A stretch of 64,000 nucleotides of DNA. Source: Eledone cirrhosa. Taxonomy: Eukaryota. Every line of letters starts with the position of its first letter. Position 1 is the stretch's first letter. This document shows positions 40,551 through 53,238 of the stretch, in pieces. The position numbers and the translations under genes are program-made. Where the stretch lies: positions 18,104,001 through 18,168,000 of the forward strand of contig OZ024741.1 in NCBI GenBank assembly GCA_964016885.1. The letters run 5' to 3'. The notes under the pieces were generated by a model. That model saw only the letters and a list, made by a program, of their open reading frames with translations. It was not told the DNA's origin and made no database searches.

Positions 40551-41266
40551 TATTGTTTGTTATTTTTCGTTTGAATTTGGAATTTTGGTTTCTTTTTCAT
40601 TCATGCCGTCTCCCCCCACATCCTTCTGGTGGCGGGAGGTGGAGAGAAGTTCAGTTTTACTATTGCTTTCTTAAACTTTGCATTTTATGGGCGAGCGGCC
40701 ATTTGCATTTTTGCTCCGTGTTTAATATGGCGGCATAAATAGTAACAGCTGAAGATACTTGTAATATTAATTGAGGGTGGTAAAATAGTTGAAAGGTGGG
40801 TGAGAGTGGCAAACATGATCCGAGAGAATAGGCATGCTCTGAGGAAATACATTAGAAAAGGGCAGCAGGAAGCGAGCGTTGGCCTTAGTGGTCATGGTTA
40901 CCGTTTATATTTGTATATATATATGTGTTTGTGAGTGCGTGTGTGTTATGTATATACACACACATACACACATACACACGCACACAAACACAGACACACA
41001 CAGATACACACAAACACACACACATACACACATACACACGCACCCAAACACAGACAAAGACACACACACACACACACACACACACAACTGCCCATCGCAG
41101 CCAGCGACCGTCACCAACATCTCATCATCACATCCACCCCCACATACACTACAGGCCAGTACATCCCTTTGATCCTTCACACCAATCAAAACAACTCATA
41201 CTGTTAAACTCTTGAACTTCTGTCTTTACCACATAGCATGTATTTCATTTTCTTATAGCATTTTAA

Positions 41267-41354
41267 AGGGTCCGTCGAGCTGCCGATCATTGAGTCGGGT
41301 AGGATCAATACAGATCGAACCTTGAGCTGATCAGTGGCGAAACGCGCGTCATCT
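41267..41354 (+). ncRNA. Decayed HHR with ~60-nt stem II
   Basis: ccgtcga (degenerate core)-gctgccgatca...tgatcagtggc-GAAA-cgcgcg-TC. Confidence 0.45.
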
Positions 41355-41506
41355 ACCAATAAATGTAATGAAGGAGTAACCAATCGCCCTTGTTATCCTT
41401 TCAATATATTACACTCTGTATAGCTCTACACCTCATCACAGAAGTGAACCTAAACATCGAGTGCTCTCCCGAGTGAACCTGCAGTAACTCCAAGTTACAC
41501 CCCCTG

Positions 41507-41543
<37 letters not shown>

Positions 41544-41818
41544 TAAAACATGTCTATAGAATTAGCAGATAAAATATATACCATTTCCTCTCCCAATTAG
41601 CATAATTAACCATATAAAAAATCGATTAGACCAAGCTATAAGAATAAAGGCTTCTATGAAGAAATCTCCGAGAAATAACCAAAAGCAGCCTTTCGCGGCG
41701 GTTGCGACGGAGTATTTATCGAGTATTTCGACAGCGTGTATAAATCGTCCAGATATACAGTCAACTAAACATAATTAGGTGTAAAATAAACTAGGAGAAA
41801 AGTGAACATATTTAGTTA

Positions 41819-41894
41819 CATCTACCATGGTTTCGTCCGCATTTTAAGATATCCGATAGCATCGGACACCTAGAGCACCGGACTCTTCTGGAAG
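41819..41894 (-). ncRNA. HHR (core CAGAAGA) with 49-nt stem II
   Basis: cttc-CAGAAGA-gtccg...tccgat/atcgga...cggac-GAAA-ccatgg-TA-gatg. Confidence 0.65.
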
Positions 41895-42095
41895 TTAGCT
41901 CAAATTTAGACAATAAATTTTCAAAAGTGATCGCGCCAAGAATACATTCAAAAATGGCTAAGAATCGTGACGTAGCAGCGGTCAGGTTAGAAAGAATGTG
42001 ATTAGTTGCTTACGGCTGGTGGCTTTTTGCTAGAAAGCGCAGCACAATACAGCCAAAATTACATCTCAACCTAAGGGGGATAATTACATATAAAG

Positions 42096-42320
<225 letters not shown>

Positions 42321-42351
42321 CGTAATTATATTCGTTTTTATAGATATATAT

Positions 42352-43172
42352 ATAACTTTGATAGATTTTGGCTAATATTAGCCCAGGGCCATGTCTAACT
42401 TAATAGCACCACCTGGCGAAGTCTTTCAAATCAGGATTTGGACACCATGACCCACTGAAGAAGGGATGTTATTGTTTACAGACGGAGACATATCTGGGTG
42501 TATGAGGTTTATCCGGGTTTTCTTGAAGGAATTTGTCCAAAGAATTCTTGTTTAATGTGTTTTGGTGTAATGTTAAATAGAGCGGAGCCAATTGAGGTGA
42601 AATAATTGTGCCATATTGTTGTTATGAGATGCGAGTGTGATTTTTGTTGTGGATGGATAGCACGGGGCCCACACCTTAGGTGTAGTTTAAAGGTGATTCC
42701 AACATCATTTGTGCAATGCTGATGGAATATTTTTCCCATCAGACAGATAATGTAGCACTCACAGCGACGTTGGAGAGAGTAATGTTTAAGTTTTTCTAGT
42801 CAACCCCAATAGTCAAGGTCTGTCATGCCATCTATCTTTTTTGTGGTTGACTTTTGAGGTGCTTCAATTTTCCTGATACTTTATTTAGTGTGAGGGACCA
42901 CAGTGGACAACAGTATTCAAGGTGGAGTCTAGAAAAAGTAGAGAAAAGAAGGAAAATAGTGTGGATATCTCTCGACTGGAAAGTTCTGAGAATCCAGGAA
43001 CATATTCTGCCTTCCATGTCAACTTTGCTGTTTGTATGAGTGGCGCAGCTTATGTTGTTGTCCACAATTACTCTCAAGTATCTGATGTTGATGGATGCCC
43101 TGAAACTTCCAACCTCCCTTCTTCTGAAGGAAGGGAGTATGGGGGTTTTCAGGGCATCCTCTTTTATAAATT
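42352..43172 (-). pseudogene. CR1-like LINE 3' fragment, same family as 17764-19037
   Basis: VIVDNNIS...RLHLEYCCPLWS...HNYFTSIG; same 3' UTR and tail. Confidence 0.88.
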
Positions 43173-43349
43173 TTATATAGAAATGGCTTCTATAGGGCTG
43201 GAAGTGTTTCATTCAACATTAAATGTGTGTATACACACTACAAATGTATTGAGTACTTTACTTTTTGTGGTCACCCCTGTTTGAACCCGGGACCCATATA
43301 TATATATATACCCGCCCATCCCTTCAATCTATCTTATTTATCATTCTTT

Positions 43350-43382
43350 CTTCTAATGAAGGACTATCGTCCGAAACGTCAA
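43350..43382 (+). ncRNA. Minimal HHR relic
   Basis: tt-CTAATGA-a-ggac-tatc-gtcc-GAAA-cg-TC-aa; one core substitution. Confidence 0.5.
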
Positions 43383-43440
43383 TACCCTCTTCCTGCTATT
43401 TCAAGCGTTAACCTAATATATTCCTTTTATATACTGTACT

Positions 43441-43519
<79 letters not shown>

Positions 43520-43748
43520 GATTAGACTACGGAAGTCTACTTCCTTTGGGTGAAGTTGTTTTTAAAATTTTCCTGTTAAATCTTTTGTTTCTGTGTTAAT
43601 TCCTCCACAAGTAATATGACGATTAAGATGAATTAAAGAGGAAAAACCAAACTAATTATAGAGCAGAAATCCTAGTAATATAAGCTACATATAGTTTCTT
43701 AGCATTTTACTGCAATAACAAAGTGTCTATATAAACTATGTATATATG

Positions 43749-44393
43749 TTTCAACATATTGTATTTTAAAGAGCTCAGGATTCCTTTTCCTTTGAGCACA
43801 TAATTTACAGGGAATAACGAGGGTCTATGGCTCCGTTAATTTATGGTGATATTTCTCTCCTTAAAACAGTCTTTCCTCTCTCTCTGTTTGGTTGAGCACA
43901 TTTCTTTGAGTGGTTTTTGGGCTGCCCTTTCTAGCAGCTCGCCCCTCAGATACCTCTGGTTCACTGTCCTACGCACGCTGTCACATCTCTCTGCCGCGAG
44001 TTGCTGGACGGTTGTCTTAGATTTTCTTAGAGTTGTCTGGAATGTATTTGTCTTACACGCGCTGATGAACCATAGACTATTCCATTTCAGTCAACAACTT
44101 CCTGGCGAAACAGATCTCTTTGGATTTGTACGCATGCGTTATATAGTTATAGAGGTGCGTATATACATTTTAATTTATATTTTTAATTATTGTGTGTCTA
44201 CCCAGCCTTCCATAGGTTATAGATCCATACACTGGTGGCTCCCCTGTTTTATTGATGGCACACTATCTCTCTCTCTGGTGTGTTACCCTTTCAACATATT
44301 GTATTTTGAAGAGCTCAGGATTCCTTTTCCTTTGAGCACATTATTGACAGGGAATAACGAGGGTCTATGGCTCCGTTAATTTATCGTGATATT
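43749..44393 (+). mobile_element. 540-bp monomer with ~105-bp terminal redundancy and an HHR; retrozyme/pLTR-like
   Basis: tttcaacatattg... at 43749 and 44289. HHR 44057-44135: acgcg-CTGATGA-acca...tggc-GAAA-cagatc/gatttg-TA-cgcat. Confidence 0.8.
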
Positions 44394-44491
44394 TAAGTAT
44401 ATATGCATGGGTGTATGGGTATACACATATATACAAATATATGTATATATATATACACATACACCCATACATATATACTTACATACACACA

Positions 44492-44628
<137 letters not shown>

Positions 44629-44729
44629 CACATATATATATATATATATATATACACATACACACATATATATATATATATATATACACATACACATATA
44701 TATATATATATACATACACATATATATAT

Positions 44730-45065
44730 ATAATATAAGATCAAAAGATGGTTAAAGGAGTTCCATGTATTTTATTATGCGCATTTCAAAAACAAACATC
44801 ATCATGCAATAATATTTGTGTTTTCATCAGATAAAACAGGAGAACATGATATGAAGGCTAAAAAACACTTGTGGATAGTGCAGTTTTAAATCAACATATG
44901 TTGATTTAAAACTGCACTATCCACAAGTGTTTTTTAGCCTTCATATCATGTTCTCCTGTTTTATCTGATGAAAACACAAATATTATTGCATGATGATGTT
45001 TGTTTTTGAAATGCGCATAATAAAATACATGGAACTCCTTTAACCATCTTTTGATCTTATATTAT
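44730..45065. mobile_element. Perfect 336-bp palindrome with one HHR per arm
   Basis: Centre 44897/44898. Plus HHR 44959-45025: ttttat-CTGATGA-long stem II-GAAA-tgcgca-TA-ataaaa. The right arm continues uniquely to ~45150. Confidence 0.9.
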
Positions 45066-45169
45066 GTATACTCCAGTCCTACAAACTGTAGAGTGCTTCT
45101 TATCCGATATCTGCATTGCTTTATTGTACTACAATAAAACTCACCTCCTACATATATATATATATATAT

Positions 45170-45295
45170 ATTGTTTCCGAAGAAGACAGCCTGATCGAAC
45201 CCATATATGATGTCTGGTAGTATACAGTTATATAACTGCTATAGATCGGACAATATGTCAATATGATCGACCCTCCGAAACGATCGTATAACAAT
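45170..45295 (+). ncRNA. HHR-like motif (core CCGAAGA) with 93-nt stem II domain
   Basis: attgttt-CCGAAGA-(93 nt incl. tgtctggt/atcggaca and cagtta/taactg hairpin)-GAAA-cgatcg-TA-taacaat. Confidence 0.55.
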
Positions 45296-45355
45296 GATAT
45301 GAATAGGTAAAGTAACTTGACTTTGTTATGTATATTTTCATTGTTAATTTAATAC

Positions 45356-45408
<53 letters not shown>

Positions 45409-45469
45409 GAAGTATTTCCGTAGGAAAGGTAAAGGAAAAGAGAGTGCTCTATGTAGGCTACAGAGCTTT

Positions 45470-45656
45470 TTAGTTATGTAATAAACAACATAAGATAATT
45501 CATTTACCAGTGGTTTCTTGAAGACAGATGTTTATGTGTCTTCATTCATCAGAAAGAATAATATTATTCTTTCTGATGAATGAAAACAGACATAAACATC
45601 TGTCTTCAAGAAACCACTGGTAAATTAATTATCTTATGTTGTTTATTACATAACTA
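45470..45656. mobile_element. ~186-bp palindrome with one HHR per arm
   Basis: Centre 45562/45563. Plus: CTGATGA at 45573, tgaa..acaga/tctgt..ttca stem II, GAAA-ccactgg-TA. Confidence 0.8.
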
Positions 45657-45827
45657 TATATATATATATAAACTATCGCAGTGTTGAGTTAATTGAAATT
45701 GAAATTCTTCGAGAATGTAGCAGCCACAAAGGCATAAAATATCTGTAACAACAGTCGATTATTATCAATAATAGCTTAGATAAATCGAGTAAAAAACCGA
45801 TAATATTTTATTATTTATAACAATCGA

Positions 45828-46050
45828 AGGGCGGTGGATTGGCAGTATCGGTAGAGGGTCGGACGCCATGCTTTGCAGCATAGAGTTACGGCCCTTTATG
45901 ATCTGAGTTCAAATCCCGCCGAGGATAACTTTGCCTTTCATCCTTACAGGGTCGATAAAATAAAGTACCAGTCATGCACTGGGGTCGATTTAATCGACTT
46001 ACCCCTCACCCAAAATTGCGGGACTTGTGCCTATATAAGAAACCATTATT
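45828..46050 (+). mobile_element. Full-length tRNA-derived SINE
   Basis: A box TGGCAGTATCGG, B box GAGTTCAAATCC, core gcctttcatccttacagggtcgataaaataaagtaccag. Confidence 0.9.
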
Positions 46051-46337
46051 TATAACAATCGATTGTATTTACAGTCATTTTCTACGTTTGAGATTTCTAC
46101 ACTTTCTAAGAATATATATATTGACACACACATATACACATATATATATATATGTACATACATACATAGATATATTTGTATACACACACAGAGACATATA
46201 TATATATATTTGTCAATTACGTGTCATCATGTTTCCGTTTTAAGTTATTTTTAAACGATCACGTCTCGTTTGTTCGCTCCCGTTGCCACGTTTCATCTAG
46301 ACAAACACTTGTGTATATATATATTTGTGTGTGTGTT

Positions 46338-46377
<40 letters not shown>

Positions 46378-46397
46378 CGTGTGTATTTATATATATA

Positions 46398-46432
<35 letters not shown>

Positions 46433-46451
46433 GAGCGTGTGTATGTATATA

Positions 46452-46493
<42 letters not shown>

Positions 46494-46511
46494 TGTGTAT
46501 GTATATATATA

Positions 46512-46546
<35 letters not shown>

Positions 46547-46577
46547 GCGTGTGTATGTATATATATATATTATATAT

Positions 46578-46760
46578 AATTGTTTCTACTATTGGCACAA
46601 GGCCAGCAATTTACCAGTACATTACTGGTACTTTATTTTATCGGCCCCGTAAGGATGAAAGGCAAAGTTAACCTCGGCGAGATTTCAACTCAGAATGGCA
46701 AGGGCCGTAACTCTATGCGTCAAAGCATGGCGTCCGACCCTCTACCGATACTGCCAATAC
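46578..46760 (-). mobile_element. tRNA-derived SINE
   Basis: Reverse copy of the same family. Confidence 0.88.
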
Positions 46761-46763
46761 AAA

Positions 46764-47908
<1,145 letters not shown>

Positions 47909-49692
47909 GCAAAAGTTCTATTTAAATTGTTGGGATACAACAAGCAAATACTATTATAATTGATATAAAGCACTCGACAAATATTTGGAGTAGATATACA
48001 ATATTAATAAATGGAAACTATATTTATAAAACCATATTTATTTCATTATATATATTTCAAGGATACCAAGTTAAATCATGGTATGCCTTCATCAGACAAA
48101 ATACAATATATAACAGTTTTACAAATAGATATTGACGTACCCTTTCAAAAAGGTGACCGTTGTTTTGGGAGGCCATCCGGATAGTGGTTTGTTTACTTTA
48201 GTAAGTCATAGTGTTAAGAGTAAGTAAAAAGATGGAGAGATAGAGAAAAACGTGGAGAAAAAGAGAAAGGGAAAGATAGATAAAGAAAAAGAAGAAACCA
48301 AAAAGAAAAGAGAACAGAGGAAAAATAACGGGGAGATATCAAAACATCAGACAGAGAAAGAACTCAAGAGAGAGATATGTAGAGATAGAGAGAGTGGGGA
48401 GAGAACGAAACCTTAAGTTATGTCATATTAAGTTGAGTTAACAATTGAGATGAAATGAATAAATAAAATTAGAAATATTAATATTCGTGAATGGAATATA
48501 GATATATAATATGAGAAATTACACATTGTTTAATTATGATTATATATTTAGTTTAAAAATTGAGATCAATATATTAAAAATTGGAATTTAAACATTATAA
48601 AATATATATATTGCTAGAGAGATTATCTATCGTATATCACATATACATAGGCAAAGGTACATAAATATATATATATATACTCACTCACTAAAAAAATACA
48701 CATTATATCTACTCCCGCACATAATGTATACATACAAAGCATAAGTGATTTTTTTATTTATTGCTATACACTCCTTGTGTTATTAATTTAAAAATTTTAG
48801 TATATATATATATAAATATATAGGATTAACTTTTCTGCATTTATGGCTGTTAAATTATGCATATCTGCAATCAAAAGCTGCATGTGTAAGCCTGTACACT
48901 CACACCCATAATTCTTAACTATACATGAATAGATATGTGTGTGCATCTTCAATTGGTATACACGCGTCACTCATGCATATATACAGACAGATATATAATC
49001 ACAAAAAAAAAAACATATAACACATGTATATGTATGTCAACACGCACATATAGATACATAAGCCGTATATAGACACAAGTATACATCAATATATAACATA
49101 GTACAATTGAGTATATAAAATACAAAAGGATTATATTTTGGAAATATAATTATATCAATATAACTTAAAAGGCAAACGAATTCTACAAACATCAAAATAC
49201 TAAAATATCCCAAAATATTATAGAATATTTCAAGTTAAAATAATATGTTTAATATATTTAGCATAGAAATTTATCTTACGTATATTTTAATCAAGACATT
49301 GAAAGGACAAACTTTTGAAAATTATGAGAAGCTATCAGAATAAAAAATAAATTTAATACAAATTATGAGAAGCTATCAGAATAAAAACAAATCTAATAAA
49401 AAATAAAAAAATAAAATGAATCTAATACAAAAAATGAATCTAATAAAAAAATAAATAAAATGAATCTAAAAAAATTAAAATAAAATATGATAACTTAAAA
49501 AACAAGGATTCTACAGATATCAATATATTAAAAAATATTAAAAAATTTTAAAAAATTTAAAAAAATAAAAAATAAAAAATAAAAAATAAAAAATAAAAAA
49601 TAAAAAATAAAAAATAAAAAATAAAAAATAAAAAATAAAAAATAAAAAATAAAAAATAAAAAATAAAAAATAAAAAATAAAAAATAGAAATT

Positions 49693-49768
<76 letters not shown>

Positions 49769-50151
49769 AAAAAATAAAAAATAAAAAATAAAAAATAAAA
49801 AATAAAATTTTTTTTTTTAAATCCTTAAAAAATTCTTTAAAAAATTCTTTAAAAAATTCTTTAAAAAATTCAAAAAAATTTCAAAAAATCTCAAAAAATT
49901 TTTAAAATTTAAAAATATCATAGAATATTTTAAGCTAAAATAATATGTTTAGTATAGAAATTTATCTTACGTATATTTTTTTCAAGATATTGAAAGGATA
50001 AACTTTTCTAGAATAGTTTATTATATTTATAATTATATTTATGAAGACAATTTATACTTGGGTACTTAACCAAAGAAAATGAAAAAGGTGAAGGAATCTA
50101 ATGATTTATCGACAGGTTTCGTATATTAACTAAATTATTTAATTAATTAAA

Positions 50152-50410
50152 CTACATTTTAAATTTATATTTATATTTAAACGTTGAGTTCAATCTATGT
50201 CTGCAGCAACTGAATAAATTATTCCTTAAATTAAGGGAATTTTTGGTCTTTAATATAAAAAATATTTCCTCTATACAAAGATCACAATTTTCAGAAGAGG
50301 AATTAAAAGGAGTAGCTTTTGAAATAATATTCCAAATCAGCGAATATTCTACATTATCTCGTTTTAGGTCCCATAATAGGCTAGATAGCGAAGTTGAAGA
50401 TTTTCTAGAT
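50152..50410 (-). pseudogene. PLE GIY-YIG C-terminal part
   Basis: SSTSLSSLLWDLK...WNII...CDLCIEE...LNLR...CCRH, homologous to the end of ORF 15937-16587. Confidence 0.88.
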
Positions 50411-51207
50411 GTAACACTAAATCTAAACACATGTCTTCATTATCCATTTCACAAACTAAATGAGAACTTAAATTATGTCAATTTTAACTCTAATTACCCC
50501 AGATCCGTTAAAAATACTATAGTGAACTCGGTTCAAGAACGAATTTCAAGAATTTCATCTAATAAGAATATATTTGATGAAAAAGCGCATTATTACAACG
50601 AAGCGTTAGGTAGAGCTGGGTATAGAAATAAAATTAAATACATCGATAATAATAATAATATACAAAATAACCAAAATAATAACTTTAATTATGGTAACAA
50701 TTTCAACAACTATAATAGAAAATATTACAATAACTCCGAAAGCCGAAAAAGAAATAGAACTAGGAATATATTATGGTTCGCTCCTCCTTTCTCACTAAAT
50801 ATTAAAACCCCTATTGCTAAACTATTCTTTAAATCTCTTGACAAACGATTCCCTAGAACACATAAATATTACTCAATTTTTAATAGACATACTATAAAAT
50901 TAACTTACTCTTCCACCAAAAATTTAGCGCAAAATATTAATAGAATTAATAATAGAAATTTAAAACCTAACCAAAATACCAATAATAACCCAAGCAATAT
51001 TCAATCGAATAACTGTAACTGTAGAAATAAATCAAACTGTCCGTTAAATAACAACTGCTTAGCTAAAAGTGTAGTTTATAATTGTAATGTTAAAACTAAT
51101 TTAAATTCATTTAACTATGTCGGTTCTACCTCTACAGAATTTAAATCCCGCTTCAATAATCATAAAAATTCTTTTACAGATCTAAGCAAAAAATCTTCAA
51201 CTTCGCT
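50398..51207 (+). pseudogene. PLE RT thumb, linker and GIY-YIG N-terminal part
   Basis: FLDVTLNL...SNYP...WFAPPF...CNCRNKSNCPLNNNC...VVYNC...YVGST...KKSSTS. Confidence 0.9.
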
Positions 51208-52853
51208 TTTTTTATTTTTTATTTTTTATTTTTTATTTTTTATTTTTTATTTTTTATTTTTTATTTTTTATTTTTATTTTTATTTTTTATTTATTATTTT
51301 TTATTTTTTAAAATTTTTTTAAATTTTTTAATATTTTTTTAATATATTGATATCTGTAGAATCCTTGTTTTTTAAGTTATAATATTTTATTTTTATTTTT
51401 TTATTAGATTCATTTTATTTATTTTTTTATTAGATTCATTTTTTGTATTAGATTCATTTTATTTTTTATTTTTTATTAGATTTGTTTTTATTCTGATAGC
51501 TTCTCATAATTTGTATTAGATTTATTTTTTATTCTGATAGTTTCTCATAATTTTCAAAAGTTTGTCCTTTCAATGTCTTGATTAAAATATACGTAAGATA
51601 AATTTCTATGCTAAATATATTAAACATATTATTTTAACTTGAAATATTTTAGGATATTTTAGTATTTTGATGTTTGTAGAATTCGTTTGCCTTTTAAGTT
51701 ATATTGATATAATTATATTTCCAAAATATAATCCTTTTGTATTTTATATACTCAATTGTACTGTTATATATTGATGTATACTTGTGTCTATATACGGCTT
51801 ATGTATCTATATGTGCGTGTTGACATACATATACATGTGTTATATGTTTTTTTTGTGATTATATATCTGTCTGTATATATGCATGAGTGACGCGTGTATA
51901 CCAATTGAAGATGCACACACATATCTATTCATGTATAGTTAAGAATTATGGGTGTGAGTGTACAGGCTTACACATGCAGCTTTTGATTGGAGATATGCAT
52001 AATTTAACAGCCATAAATGCAGAAAAGTTAATCCTATATATTTATATATATATATACTAAAATTTTTAAATTAATAACACAAGGAGTGTATAGCAATAAA
52101 TAAAAAAATCACTTATGCTTTGTATGTATACATTATGTGCGGGAGTAGATATAATGTGTATTTTTTTAGTGAGTGAGTATATATATATATATTTATGTAC
52201 CTTTGCCTATGTATATGTGATATACGATAGATAATCTCTCTAGCAATATATATATTTTATAATGTTTAAATTCCAATTTTTAATATATTGATCTCAATTT
52301 TTAAACTAAATATATAATCATAATTAAACAATGTGTAATTTCTCATATTATATATCTATATTCCATTCACGAATATTAATATTTCTAATTTTATTTATTC
52401 ATTTCATCTCAATTGTTAACTCAACTTAATATGACATAACTTAAGGTTTCGTTCTCTCCCCCACTCTCTCTATCTCTACATATCTCTCTCTGAGTTCTTT
52501 CTCTGTCTGATGTTTTGATATCTCCCCGTTATTTTTCCTCTGTTCTCTTTTCTTTTTGCTTTCTTCTTTTTCTTTATCTATCTTTCCCTTTCTCTTTTTC
52601 TCCACGTTTTTCTCTATCTCTCCATCTTTTACTTACTCTTAACACTATGACTTACTAAAGTAAACAAACCACTATCCGGATGGCCTCCCAAAACAACGGT
52701 CACCTTTTTGAAAGGGTACGTCAATATCTATTTGTAAAACTGTTATATATTGTATTTTGTCTGATGAAGGCATACCATGATTTAACTTGGTATCCTTGAA
52801 ATATATATAATGAAATAAATATGGTTTTATAAATATAGTTTCCATTTATTAAT

Positions 52854-52859
<6 letters not shown>

Positions 52860-52904
<45 letters not shown>

Positions 52905-52960
52905 ATATATATATATATATATATCCATATATATATATATATCCATATATATATATATAT

Positions 52961-53046
<86 letters not shown>

Positions 53047-53100
53047 ATATATATATATATATATCCATATATATATATATATCCATATATATATATATAT

Positions 53101-53196
<96 letters not shown>

Positions 53197-53238
53197 ATAT
53201 ATATATATATATATCCATATATATATATATATATATAT
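52860..53238. repeat. (TA)n interrupted by CC, left flank of the array
   Basis: atatcc variant; continues in the same orientation at 57889-58630. Confidence 0.95.

Larger units (their letters stand above)
47909..52859. mobile_element. Rearranged second PLE forming a ~4.9-kb inverted repeat
   Basis: 3' UTR arms ~47997-49600 (minus) and 51208-52859 (plus) are near-identical. HHR-like cores at 48055-48095 (-) and 52761-52801 (+) with weak stem I. Coding pieces lie in the centre. Confidence 0.88.
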
